Below are positions 1 through 9,658 of a stretch of DNA of 64,000 nt, piece after piece. The stretch is from an uncultured delta proteobacterium (GTDB taxonomy: Bacteria; Desulfobacterota; RBG-13-43-22), in NCBI GenBank assembly GCA_963790475.1, contig CAWBOS010000010.1:1792001-1856000 (forward strand), given 5' to 3'. Position numbers and translations under genes: made by a program. Each line of letters opens with the position of its first letter. Within the stretch, counting starts at the first letter, position 1. Under the pieces are notes generated by a model, which was not told where the DNA came from, ran no database searches, and saw only the letters and a list, made by a program, of their open reading frames with translations.

Positions 1-1
1 C

Positions 2-208
2 CTGGGGTTTGGGGTTCCACCCCCGGCGGCCTCCTGGGGAAGGATGCTGAGCGGCGATGGAATGAATTACATGCTAAAGGGCCCCTGGCTGGCCATATTT
101 CCCGGCCTGGCTATCAGTGCCGGGGTATTCGGCTTCAACATGTTGGGAGATGCCCTTCGGGACCTTTTGGATCCCAAACTGACCGGCGGAATGAGACTCA
201 GGAGATAA
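2..208 (+). CDS. Peptide ABC transporter permease (DppC/OppC family), 3' part only
   Basis: Frame 2 reads LGFGVPPPAASWGRML...WLAIFPGLAI...FNMLGDALRDLLDPK, a typical DppC C-terminus; its TAA overlaps the next ATG. Confidence 0.9.
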   Translation: MGFGVPPPAASWGRMLSGDGMNYMLKGPWLAIFPGLAISAGVFGFNMLGDALRDLLDPKLTGGMRLRR

Positions 209-1200
209 TGGAAAATACACCGACCATAAGAAAACCCATTCTGGATGTGGAGGGATTGGATGTCAAATTCTACCTCCGCGATGGTACGCTTAATGCGGTA
301 CGGGATATTTCTTTCGCCCTCTTTCCCGGGGAATCCCTGGGGGTGGTGGGGGAAAGCGGCTGCGGTAAATCGGTCACTTTCCTTTCGGTGATGCGTTTGA
401 TCCAGGTTCCTCCCGGAAAAATCCAGGCTACGACCCTTAAATTTGACGGAGCGGACCTCTTAAAACTGTCCGAAAAAGAGATGCAGCGGATCCGGGGAAA
501 CCGGATCTCCATGGTCTTTCAGGACCCCATGACCTCCTTGAATCCGGTTTTGACTATCGGGAAACAGATGCAGGAGGTCATAAAACTTCATTTGAAATTA
601 AAGGACGCGGCTCTGGAAGATCGCTGTATAGAGCTCCTGACCAAGGTCGGCATTTCGGAACCGCAAATGAGACTTCGCTCCTATCCGCACCAGCTAAGCG
701 GGGGATTGAGACAACGGGTCATGATCGCCATAGCCCTTTCCTGTAATCCCACCATCCTGCTGGCCGATGAGCCGACTACGGCTCTGGACGTCACCATTCA
801 AGATCAGATCCTTCGCCTGATTCGGGCGCTGGCCAGGGACCTGGGGGCGGCCACCGTTCTGATCACCCATAACTTCGGTGCCGTGGCCGGAACGACCGAT
901 CGCATTATGGTCATGTATGCCGGAAAGATTGTTGAAACGGCAACAACTCCCGAACTCTTCAGGAATCCCCTTCACCCCTACACCAAGGGGCTGCTTAAAT
1001 CCATTCCCCGAGTGGACAAGGAAACCCAGGGAAGGCTTTTTTCCATCGCCGGTGCCCCCCCCGATCTCATGCGTGAACTGGTCAAAGGCTGCGCCTTTGT
1101 CGCCCGATGCCCAATAGGAGACGATTCTTGTTATCGTTATCTCCCTCCTTTTAATGAAATAAAACAGGGACACTACGTTTCTTGCTGGAAGGTTTTCTAA
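208..1200 (+). CDS. Peptide ABC transporter ATP-binding protein (DppD/OppD family)
   Basis: Walker A GESGCGKS, signature [20 protein letters not shown]-terminal HPYT motif with Cys-rich tail. Confidence 0.95.
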   Translation: MENTPTIRKPILDVEGLDVKFYLRDGTLNAVRDISFALFPGESLGVVGESGCGKSVTFLSVMRLIQVPPGKIQATTLKFDGADLLKLSEKEMQRIRGNRISMVFQDPMTSLNPVLTIGKQMQEVIKLHLKLKDAALEDRCIELLTKVGISEPQMRLRSYPHQLSGGLRQRVMIAIALSCNPTILLADEPTTALDVTIQDQILRLIRALARDLGAATVLITHNFGAVAGTTDRIMVMYAGKIVETATTPELFRNPLHPYTKGLLKSIPRVDKETQGRLFSIAGAPPDLMRELVKGCAFVARCPIGDDSCYRYLPPFNEIKQGHYVSCWKVF

Positions 1201-2186
1201 TGCAGACAGGTAATCAAAAATTACTTCAAGTTAAAGAGATGAAGGTCCATTTTCCTATAAACCTTGGTGTCCTCGGCAAGGGCAAAAAACTATTCATCAA
1301 GGCGGTGGACGGGATCAGTTTTGATCTGGAAGCCGGGGAGACCCTCGGGCTCGTGGGAGAAAGCGGCTGCGGAAAATCGACCACCGCCAGGGGCGTGCTT
1401 CAACTTTATCGACCTACCGCCGGACAGGTTTTTTTCCAGGGCAGGGATCTATGCCTGGAGAAAGGGAATGCTTTAAGACGCAAACGCCAGTCCATGCAAA
1501 TGATCTTTCAAGACCCTTATTCTTCCCTCGATCCCCGCATGACCGTAAGGGAGATCATTGGGGAGCCCATGAAAGTCCACGGGGTCCCGGATAGGAAGAA
1601 AGAACGCATGGAAAGGGTACTGGAACTGATGAAGCTGGTGGGTTTAAACCCTACCGATGTGCATCGTTACCCCCACGAATTCAGCGGGGGACAGAGGCAG
1701 CGGATCGGCATCGCCAGGGCCCTGGCCGTCCGTCCGGAATTTATCGTCTGCGACGAACCGGTTTCCGCCTTGGACGTCTCTATTCAGGCCCAGGTCATCA
1801 ATCTGCTGGAAGATCTCAGGGAACAATTCAACCTGACTTATCTTTTTATTTCCCATGACCTATCGGTAGTAAAGCATATCAGTCACCGGGTGGCCGTCAT
1901 GTATCTTGGGGTTATGGTGGAACTGGCGGAAAAGAACGAGCTCTTCTCCCGGCCCTTCCATCCCTATACCCAGGCCTTGTTGTCATCCATACCGGTCCCG
2001 GACCCGGTAGTTGAAAACCAGAGAACCGCTATTGCCTTAGAAGGGGAAATACCCAGCCCCATATTCCCCCCTCCCGGGTGCCGGTTTCACCCCCGGTGCA
2101 AGCGGAGAGAGAAAGTCTGCTCGGAGACGACCCCGGTCTGGAAGGAAGCCGCTTCCGGACACTTTGTCGCCTGCCACATCGTCTGA
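1200..2186 (+). CDS. Peptide ABC transporter ATP-binding protein (DppF/OppF family)
   Basis: [31 protein letters not shown]; ATG at 1200 coupled to the upstream TAA. Confidence 0.95.
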   Translation: MQTGNQKLLQVKEMKVHFPINLGVLGKGKKLFIKAVDGISFDLEAGETLGLVGESGCGKSTTARGVLQLYRPTAGQVFFQGRDLCLEKGNALRRKRQSMQMIFQDPYSSLDPRMTVREIIGEPMKVHGVPDRKKERMERVLELMKLVGLNPTDVHRYPHEFSGGQRQRIGIARALAVRPEFIVCDEPVSALDVSIQAQVINLLEDLREQFNLTYLFISHDLSVVKHISHRVAVMYLGVMVELAEKNELFSRPFHPYTQALLSSIPVPDPVVENQRTAIALEGEIPSPIFPPPGCRFHPRCKRREKVCSETTPVWKEAASGHFVACHIV

Positions 2187-2316
2187 AAAGAGAGCCTCCC
2201 TCACAGTTGCATACAATTTCGTTCAATGCCAAATTGAACAGGGCATTATATTTATTTGTTTTGTGATTTTGTTTATGTTGGAGGATATCCCTATTGGCCC
2301 CTTCCCTCCGAACGTC

Positions 2317-2362
2317 AAATCCCCCCTGCCCCCCTTTACTAAAGGGGGGTTCGGGGGGATTT
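2317..2362. repeat. REP-like palindrome (aaatcccccc...cccttt/aaagggg...gggggattt family)
   Basis: Imperfect palindrome; related copies at 53587-53662, 63343-63387 and 60113-60143. Confidence 0.75.
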
Positions 2363-2449
2363 ATGCGTATCCCCAAAATATCTTTAACGTCTTTTTATTC
2401 AACGTTTGAGTCCCATTTCTTCCGCCAGCGTTAGAAAAAATACCTCCGG

Positions 2450-3472
2450 CTACTTTTTATGTCGGGCATAAAAATCCAGATAAAATTCCATATTTTTTTT
2501 CAACAGTTCCGGAGTATCCAGGTTGTAAGGGCATTGCTCCTTGCAATTTCCGCATTCCGTGCAATCTTCAATTTTCATCATTTCCGATTTCCAATCGTCT
2601 TCTAAAAATCTCGCGTAAGGAGATCGCATCAGAAGAAGGGAAAGGCGGGCGGCGGTGTTGATGGGGATTTCAGCCGGACAGGGCATACAATAGCCGCATC
2701 CCCGGCAAAAATCTCCTCCCAGTTCCAGGCGGTCTTTTTCGATGGCCTTCAACATTTCTTCATTAAGCCGGGGAGGATTTTTTTCGAGATCGATAAATTG
2801 ATCCAGCTCCGTTTCTCTCTGGATGCCCCAGATGGGTGCCACATTCTCGTACTGATTCAGAAAGGCTACAGCGGCCGGGATGTTGGTAATCAAACCGCCG
2901 CTGAGGGCTTTCATGGCGATAAAACCCAGATCGGATTGTTTACAGGCTTCCACTAATTTTAAATCGTCTTCGGTGGCCAGGAGACTCAAAGGAAATTGGA
3001 TCGTGTCGAAAAAGGAAGACTGTACAGCCTCCATGGCCACCGGGCGCCGGTGATTGGTGATGCCGATAAAACGGAGCAATCCCTTTTCTTTCGCTTTCAG
3101 CAAGCCATCATAAAGCGATTCAGGATCCTCTCTATCCGGCAATTTCTCGGGATTATGAAGCTGATAAATATCGATGTAATCCGTTTTCAATGTTTTCAGA
3201 CTTGTTTCCAGATTTTTTTCCAGGCCCTCTTTTTTACGAGCGTGGGTTTTGGTGGAAATGACGATATTTTTTCGGACGCCGGACAGGGCCTTCCCTATTT
3301 TTTCCTCGCTGTCCGAGTAGGCCCTGGCCGTATCATAATAGTTTATCCCGTTATCATAGGCCTTCCGTAGAATTCGAACTGCTTCATTCATTTCCACCCG
3401 CTGGAGCGGTAAAACACCAAAGGCCGGTTTGCTGACCATGAGACCGGTTCTGCCCAATCTGATTCTTTTCAT
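2450..3472 (-). CDS. Aldo/keto reductase with C-terminal 4Fe-4S dicluster domain
   Basis: LGRTGLMVS, YYDTARAY, DYIDIYQLHN; CRGCGYCMPCP and CTECGNCKEQCP. Confidence 0.92.
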   Translation of the reverse strand: MKRIRLGRTGLMVSKPAFGVLPLQRVEMNEAVRILRKAYDNGINYYDTARAYSDSEEKIGKALSGVRKNIVISTKTHARKKEGLEKNLETSLKTLKTDYIDIYQLHNPEKLPDREDPESLYDGLLKAKEKGLLRFIGITNHRRPVAMEAVQSSFFDTIQFPLSLLATEDDLKLVEACKQSDLGFIAMKALSGGLITNIPAAVAFLNQYENVAPIWGIQRETELDQFIDLEKNPPRLNEEMLKAIEKDRLELGGDFCRGCGYCMPCPAEIPINTAARLSLLLMRSPYARFLEDDWKSEMMKIEDCTECGNCKEQCPYNLDTPELLKKNMEFYLDFYARHKK

Positions 3473-3566
3473 GATGATTTTTCTCCTGATTTAATAATAA
3501 AAACTTTTTTACCGCTGGGACGCAAAAAAAACCTTTTTTTGAGATAGCTTCCTGTTTTCATTTCCC

Positions 3567-3813
3567 CTCCGTGTCTTTGAGTCTCTGCGGGAGAAAACAC
3601 CGGGGGACTATTTGGCTGGAGGCCAGAGATGGTTTGTTCAATCCCGCCTCTCATAGGATTGAACAAAAATGATCCTCTTTGCGTCCTTTGCGCCTTTGCG
3701 GTGAAAATAATTTCTTTTCAAACAGCTAACGGGTTACAATATTTTTATAATTTCCACAAATTTTCCCACAAATCAAAAAACCCACGCTGTGTCCTCTTTG
3801 GCTCTGTGGTGAA
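3567..3813. repeat. Three dispersed copies of a short ctttgcg/ctctgtg-type intergenic repeat
   Basis: ctccgtgtctttgagtctctgcggga (3567), ctttgcgtcctttgcgcctttgcggtgaa (3677), ctgtgtcctctttggctctgtggtgaa (3787). Confidence 0.6.
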
Positions 3814-3834
3814 CAGGACTCCTCTTGTCCCCCG

Positions 3835-4635
3835 TCATCCGACTTTGCCGCATTGACCGCCGTCTACCGGCAGTACCACTGAGGTAATGAATTTGGCTTC
3901 GTCCGAAACCAGGAAAAGGGCGGCATAAGCGATGTCCCAGCCCGAGCCCATCCCTCCTTTTAAAGGAACCATGCTGTCTCTTTGCTGAATCAGTTGTTCC
4001 TTACTGATTCCTCGGGAAGTTGAAATCCCTTCAATGGCCATGGGGGTTTTCATCAGGCCGGGCATAATGGCATTGACCCGGATCCCGTTCTTGGCATACT
4101 TCATGGCCACGGAATGGGTCAGGGCATTGAGTGCGGCCTTGGAAGTCTTATAAGCCAGCATGGAGGTATTGGCTACCGCCGCCACTGAAGAGATATTCAG
4201 GATGGAGCCGCTGCCCTGTTTTTCCATGACAGGCAGGACATATTTGCAGGTCATAAAGGCACTTTTGACATTGGTATTGTAGATCCGATCCCAGACCTCT
4301 TCTTTTAATTTCACCGGGCCGAAATCCTCCCCCCCGATACCAACATTATTTACCAGAATATCGATTCGCCCAAAAACTTCCACACACTTCTCGGCAATTC
4401 TCCGACAGTCATCGATTTTAGTGACATCGGCGGCAAAGGTCGAAGCCGTTCCGCCTTCCTTTTCGATCATGGCCTTGGTATCCTCAGCGGAATCCAGACG
4501 GCGATCCACCAGTAAGACCTTGGCCCCAGCCCGGGCAAATAGAACAGCCATGGCCCGGCCGTTGCCTATCGTATCCCCCGGTGTTTGACCGGCACCGGTG
4601 ACAATGGCCACTTTTCCCTGTAATCGTTGATCCAT
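3835..4635 (-). CDS. SDR family NAD(P)-dependent oxidoreductase
   Basis: GKVAIVTGAG, NNVG, catalytic YKTSK, RVNAIMPG, VDGG. Confidence 0.93.
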   Translation of the reverse strand: MDQRLQGKVAIVTGAGQTPGDTIGNGRAMAVLFARAGAKVLLVDRRLDSAEDTKAMIEKEGGTASTFAADVTKIDDCRRIAEKCVEVFGRIDILVNNVGIGGEDFGPVKLKEEVWDRIYNTNVKSAFMTCKYVLPVMEKQGSGSILNISSVAAVANTSMLAYKTSKAALNALTHSVAMKYAKNGIRVNAIMPGLMKTPMAIEGISTSRGISKEQLIQQRDSMVPLKGGMGSGWDIAYAALFLVSDEAKFITSVVLPVDGGQCGKVG

Positions 4636-5001
4636 TTTTCTTCCTTTCCTGGGTAAAGTTTTTTTCGATAAACATACTATTAGTATTAAAAATATTTTTC
4701 AAGATAATCTTCTCTTTTCCATATCCTCACGCCGAGACAATCCTCGGTTTGATCTCAACAGCCGTTTAAAGCCTACCCCCTACCCTCTTTAGCCTCAATC
4801 AATCTAAGCCGCACCTATTTTCTTCGAATCCTCCCCTTGAAAATAAATTGTCAAGCAAATATTTATCTTTTATAATGGGTTACCTTGATTTTGGAAGGTT
4901 TGTCGTCCTATTGAAAGGACAACAACAGCCAATAGCCACTGTTACCTTCCCGAAGGGATACCTTAAGTTGGAGAGTTTTACGGAAACTTCAGAACAACTG
5001 G

Positions 5002-5487
5002 TTGCCGCCGCCGCAGGCGGCACCAACCAGGCCATTGGACACCGATGTCACTTGCTTGCAGGTCTTCGACCCCAAGCGGCGTGCCACGGGCAACGCCACA
5101 TTAGCCATAAAGGATCAGCCTATGCAGTACCTGAAACACATTCTTGAAACTTTAGATATCAAGAACCGGCAAGATTTTCATGACCACATAGCAAAACTCT
5201 CCGCCGCAGTCGCACCACCGGATAGCCCACTCAGCTTGCACACTAGGGCAACTTTGAAGATCTTGGGAAGCGATCGTGAGCCGGGAAGTCTAGTTGTCGG
5301 ACCACCTGTCCTTAAACTTGCGGGTATCATGCAGGGAACATTCCTTGACGCTCAGGAAATCAAAGTCCTTAATACAAAAACAGCACCCATATCACTTTCG
5401 AATATGGGAATTGCCGCCGTTGTACCAGCGTACAAGCTTCATGACCTTCTATATTCCAAGGAATTGAAGCTACAGAGGGGGTTTTAG
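5002..5487 (+). pseudogene. Probable truncated or chimeric ORF; C-terminus resembles the tail of trypsin-like serine protease homologues
   Basis: No good start; C-terminal LKLAGIMQG...NMGIAAVVPAYKLHDLL; an attC-like site follows immediately. Confidence 0.4.
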
Positions 5488-5497
5488 GCCATTATCG

Positions 5498-5562
5498 GCC
5501 AACAAGGTGCTGAACCGGATCGTGGCAAAAGGCGGCCACTCCCGCTGAAGCCCATGTTGGCG
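5498..5562 (+). other. attC-like recombination site
   Basis: gccaaca (5498)...tgttggc (5555) outer inverted boxes with AAC/GTT cores, inner gtggc/gccac stem, ~64 bp, 10 bp after a stop codon. Confidence 0.65.
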
Positions 5563-5576
5563 CAAGGAAAGACAGA

Positions 5577-5831
5577 TCAATAGTGGTATCGCAATTGAGC
5601 TATATGAATGGAATCTTCTGACACTTTATAAACGAATCTATGTTCATCTGTGATACGTCGAGACCAATAACCAGAAAGTGCATGTTTGAGCGGCTCCGGT
5701 TTGCCAATACCCTCCAAGGGATTTCTCATGGTCTCTTTAATCATTGTGTTGATGCGGCGAAGGATTTTCCTGTCGGTGCTTTGCCAAAAAAGATAATCTT
5801 CCCAAGCGTGATCAGAAAAAATGACCTTCAC
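5577..5831 (-). CDS. yoeB: Txe/YoeB family toxin (type II TA)
   Basis: AWEDYLFWQ, GIGKPEPLK, WSRRITDEHR, C-terminal RYHY. Confidence 0.96.
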   Translation of the reverse strand: MKVIFSDHAWEDYLFWQSTDRKILRRINTMIKETMRNPLEGIGKPEPLKHALSGYWSRRITDEHRFVYKVSEDSIHIAQLRYHY

Positions 5832-6079
5832 TCGATCAGCTCCCTTTCAGCGCCTTCGCCTCTTTCAAGCTGGGCAATTGATTCGACCAGCCGTCTGGTA
5901 TTTTTAGGTGATCGCAAAAGGTAGGCAGTTTCTTCAAGGGCCTCATAGTCCTCAAGGGACATAATGATTACAGAATTAGAAGATTTTCGAGTGACGACCA
6001 CCGGGGAATGGTCCCTGCACACTTTTTCCATTGTTTTCGCAAGGTTTTGTCTTGCAGCCGTATAGGTAATTGCGTCCAA
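5828..6079 (-). CDS. yefM: Phd/YefM family antitoxin
   Basis: YTAARQNLAKTM, LEETAYLLRSPKN; 4-bp overlap with the toxin gene. Confidence 0.96.
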   Translation of the reverse strand: MDAITYTAARQNLAKTMEKVCRDHSPVVVTRKSSNSVIIMSLEDYEALEETAYLLRSPKNTRRLVESIAQLERGEGAERELIE

Positions 6080-6095
6080 GTGGCACCTCCCATAT

Positions 6096-6133
6096 TGTAC
6101 GGTTTATTGTACAACAATAAGGATGAAAGTCAA
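6096..6133 (-). promoter_or_regulatory. yefM-yoeB promoter with paired TGTAC operator palindromes
   Basis: Minus strand TTGACT-16bp-TACAAT; tgtacg (6096) and tgtaca (6108) lie 12 bp apart, like the E. coli YefM operator. Confidence 0.7.
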
Positions 6134-6148
6134 GTTTAATTTTAGACC

Positions 6149-6194
6149 CCCACCAGGCCTTTCACCCGATGAACGGGGGAGGCAAATGTTATTC
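6149..6194 (+). other. Degenerate attC-like site
   Basis: cccacca (AAC core mutated), gcctttcacccg/cgggggaggc stem, then GTTATTC ~20 bp before the next ATG. Confidence 0.45.
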
Positions 6195-6208
6195 ACAATA
6201 GGAAGAAA

Positions 6209-6990
6209 ATGAAATTCATTCATGCCATATTTAATTTATTTATCATAGCGGTACTCCCCTTATTCATTAATGGGTATTCTTATGCCGAAGATTCTGACTT
6301 GGCAAAATTGTTTCAATCACGTGGAGTAGAAGGTACAATCATTATCGATTCTTTAGACAGCAAGAAAACCTATGTCTACAATGAGATCCGTTCCGAAGAA
6401 AGATTCTCACCGGCCTTGACCTTTAAAATTTTAAACACCCTTATTGCACTTGAAGAGGGGGCTGTTAAAAATGAGAAGGAAGTAATCAGATGGGATGGAA
6501 AAGATAGAGGACTTGACGCCTGGAACAAAGACCAAACTCTTGAAACTGCTTTTCCTATATCATGTGTATGGTTTTATCAGGAGCTTGCCAGACGAATCGG
6601 TAACGAAAAATATATAACCCATCTAAAAAAAGCTGAATGGGGCAATCAAAAAGCCAGCCTTGAGGTAACTACTTTTTCGCTTAAGGTGATCTAAAGATAT
6701 CCACCAAAGAACAAATAGATCTTCTAAGAAGGTTATATGAAGAGAAAATCCCATACGAAAAATCCTATATTCAATTATTGAAGAAAATTATGATCGTGGA
6801 AGAAAATCCTGAATATACAATCAGAGCTAAGACAGGGACTAATTCCCAGTTAGCCTGGTATGTTGGGTATGTTGAGACAGCAAAAGAGGTCTGGCTTTTT
6901 GCAATGAATATCACAATAAAGAAGAAGGGGGATGAAGCATTCCGAAAAGAAATTACAATGGGAGCTTTGAAATTAAAAGGAATATTATGA
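6209..6990 (+). pseudogene. Class D (OXA-type) beta-lactamase, inactivated
   Basis: Signal peptide, SCV motif, KTG motif; STFK reads LTFK (catalytic Ser lost); frameshift near 6680 splits the ORF. Confidence 0.85.
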
Positions 6991-7074
6991 TGGCTGAAAT
7001 TAGTTCCAACCTGATACTGCTGGCACTTTGGCGGCAGTCGGGTATCGGTGCTCATAGAGGAAACAGGTGTTCCC

Positions 7075-7833
7075 ATGAAAATAAGAAAAAAGATCGCCGA
7101 AGCCCGGACCCCCGATGGAAGCGAAATGGCGCTGTATCAGCATGACCGTGACTTTTTTATAACGGTCAACGGTCAAGATCTTATGCACAGCCGCCAATAC
7201 GAATCGGAGCTGGAACTGGCCCGGCTGGGCTGCAGGCACCTGGCTGGTCACCAGGCGCCCAGCATACTTATCGGCGGCTTAGGGATGGGCTATACTCTGC
7301 GCCAGACGCTCGATATGCTCGGTCCTCACGCCCGAGTGATGGTGGTTGAACTGGTTGGTGCCGTGGTCGAATGGAACCGTGAGTTTCTCGGGGCACTCAA
7401 TGACCAGCCTCTGAGGGACCAACGCGTTGATCTCGTGACGGGCGATATCTTCGGACTTATCTCGCGTTCCAATAGTCAATTCGATGCGATCCTGCTGGAT
7501 GTCGACAACGGTCCCGAGGCGATGACGGATTCAGGCAACTATCGCTTATACGGTCATGAAGGAATTCAAGCTTGTCGCCGCGCACTTGCCAAAAAAGGCT
7601 GCCTGGCGGTGTGGTCGGCGGATCCAAACAAAAAATTCGAGCAGCTATTGGTGCGCTGCGGCTTTCAGGTACGTCGTTTCCGGGTTCCCGCCAGTAAGGG
7701 AAGTAAATCGGCGTCACGTTTCGTCTGGGTCGCTTCGGAGGACAAGACGATCCTTCCTCCGGGTGGTGGCGAGCCCTGCCTGCCGGAAAAGAATATTTCG
7801 AATAAATATCGCCAACGGCCACGAAAGCGATGA
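7075..7833 (+). CDS. Spermidine synthase-like SAM-dependent methyltransferase-fold protein
   Basis: ILIGGLGMGYTL, VVVEL, FDAILLDVDNGP, LAVWS. Confidence 0.85.
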   Translation: MKIRKKIAEARTPDGSEMALYQHDRDFFITVNGQDLMHSRQYESELELARLGCRHLAGHQAPSILIGGLGMGYTLRQTLDMLGPHARVMVVELVGAVVEWNREFLGALNDQPLRDQRVDLVTGDIFGLISRSNSQFDAILLDVDNGPEAMTDSGNYRLYGHEGIQACRRALAKKGCLAVWSADPNKKFEQLLVRCGFQVRRFRVPASKGSKSASRFVWVASEDKTILPPGGGEPCLPEKNISNKYRQRPRKR

Positions 7834-7923
7834 CTGCAGCGTATTAGGGAACCAGTATATTCTGGCCGTGTAACGCTCTTCGACGTTATTTATTCGAAGG
7901 CTATCACGACAGGGTGTTAACAG

Positions 7924-8078
7924 ATGGGGGGAATTGAAATTTGAAGGCCTGCCAAGCCCTATAAGATCATGAAGTTCGAAAACGTAATCGGCAGGGGGAC
8001 GAAGCAAAATCTGCAATTTTTGAAGGCCTGGTCACAATAAACGAAAAAGATCGAAACAAGGAAAGGGAAGAGGATTTT
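7924..8078 (+). pseudogene. Degraded copy of an S4-domain RNA-binding (YbcJ/YaaA-like) gene
   Basis: Aligns by eye to 20194-20406 (ctataagatcatgaagttcgaaaac vs ctataagatcttgaagttcaaaaac) with a stop and indels. Confidence 0.7.
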
Positions 8079-8081
8079 GGT

Positions 8082-8540
8082 TTGCTGCACATCTTTGTAG
8101 ATGCGGATGCCTGCCCGGTCAAACAGGAGGTATACCGCGTCGCAAGTCGATTTCACCTGGAAGTTACCTTGGTGGCAAATTCCTGGATGCGGGTCCCGGA
8201 TGAACGATGGATCGCACTCGAAGTTGTAAAGGACGGGTTCGACGCAGCCGATGACTGGATTGTCGAACACGTGCAAACTGAAGACATCGTCGTCACTGCC
8301 GACATTCCGCTGGCCGGCCGCTGTATAAAAAAAGGCGCACGGGTCATCGGTCCAACCGGAAAGCCGTTCACGGAAGACAATATCGGCATGGCGGTGGCGA
8401 GCAGAGACCTGATGTCTGCGCTGCGTAGCGCTGGAGAAATAACGGGCGGGCCTCCGCCTCTAACAAAACGTGACCGGGCACGGTTTCTTGAACAGCTCGA
8501 CAACGTGATTCAATCCATCCGTCACCAGCATTCGAAATGA
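8082..8540 (+). CDS. YaiI/YqxD (DUF188) family protein
   Basis: IFVDADACPVK, DAADDWI, VVTADIPLA, TGGPPP. Confidence 0.92.
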   Translation: MLHIFVDADACPVKQEVYRVASRFHLEVTLVANSWMRVPDERWIALEVVKDGFDAADDWIVEHVQTEDIVVTADIPLAGRCIKKGARVIGPTGKPFTEDNIGMAVASRDLMSALRSAGEITGGPPPLTKRDRARFLEQLDNVIQSIRHQHSK

Positions 8541-8730
8541 CAAAACCGAAAATTGACCCCCTCAAGTCTTTCCAAATTTCATAGGATGGACTTTCCTTAG
8601 CGCTTTTTGCGACCGTTTAAAGAATAGTTTTGCATCATCGTCTCCTATTTTCATTTAAAGAAGACTTCTTGCCCCTTATTTTCCATTTTTTTCATCCTTT
8701 TTTTGCTACCACAATCCATTTTTTTTCTTC

Positions 8731-8759
8731 TTGACCCTGACTTTTGCTCATTTTATAAT
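8731..8759 (+). promoter_or_regulatory. Sigma70-type promoter upstream of the XDH-family operon
   Basis: TTGACC-17bp-TATAAT. Confidence 0.6.
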
Positions 8760-9013
8760 TTCAGCCTAACAAAACAGCTTTTTATCAAATTCTTTCTCGT
8801 TCTGAGACCTGTTATCGGCAATGGGTTCGTAGTCGGAGTGTTCAGGATATTAGTCCTTGGGTGGGGTATTTTCAGGGAAATACGGCTGAAGACAAAAATG
8901 ATTTGAGAATGCCGGGGGAAATGGCACCCATTTAATTCAAAAGCCGGCAGCGGACTCCATAATCCGAATCCCCTCCGGACCAACCTTAAACCAAAAACTT
9001 TTCAGGGGTCTTC

Positions 9014-9658
9014 ATGGAAAAGAAAAAAAACAGCGCGAACGGTTCAGGTAAGACCAATGGCCTCACCCGGCGCCATTTCCTCACCACTATGGGCACGGGC
9101 GCGGCGGTTGTGGCAGTATCAGGCCAGCTCGTCGCAGAAACCGCCCGGGAGCCCGAAGTTTTAAAAGCCAACGAGACGGTCAAAATAACCCTGTCGATCA
9201 ATGGCCGCCGCCACCATTTGCTGGTCGAACCCCGATGGTCGCTCCTCTACGTACTCAGGGAGAAGCTGGGACTGACCGGCACCAAGGTAGGCTGCGAGAG
9301 GGGTGAATGCGGGGCCTGTACGGTACTCATTGATGATGTGCCCCGCTATGCCTGTCTGACCCTTGCCGTAGAGTCTCAGGGAGTCAAGATCACAACCCTT
9401 GAGGGCCTTATGGCCGGTGACGAGTTGGGTCCCGTCCAGCAGGCCTTTCTTGAGGAGGATGCCTTCCAGTGCGGTTACTGCACGCCGGGACAGATCATGG
9501 CGGCAGAGGGACTGCTCCGGTCCAAGCCGGAACCCTCCCATGAAGAGATTCGGAGGGCGATGAGCGGCAATCTCTGCCGCTGCGGGGCCTACGATCACAT
9601 ATTCAAGGCCGTCGAGCGGGCGGCAGCCTTAAAAAAGGGAAAAGGAGGCCGGTCATGA
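9014..9658 (+). CDS. XDH/aldehyde oxidoreductase family 2Fe-2S subunit with Tat signal (PaoA/YagT-like)
   Basis: TRRHFL; GCERGECGAC, QCGYCTPG, NLCRC. Confidence 0.93.
   Translation: MEKKKNSANGSGKTNGLTRRHFLTTMGTGAAVVAVSGQLVAETAREPEVLKANETVKITLSINGRRHHLLVEPRWSLLYVLREKLGLTGTKVGCERGECGACTVLIDDVPRYACLTLAVESQGVKITTLEGLMAGDELGPVQQAFLEEDAFQCGYCTPGQIMAAEGLLRSKPEPSHEEIRRAMSGNLCRCGAYDHIFKAVERAAALKKGKGGRS

Noticed and set aside
2029-2409. Short ORFs containing PPF.KGG peptides
   Set aside because: Translations of the REP-like palindrome
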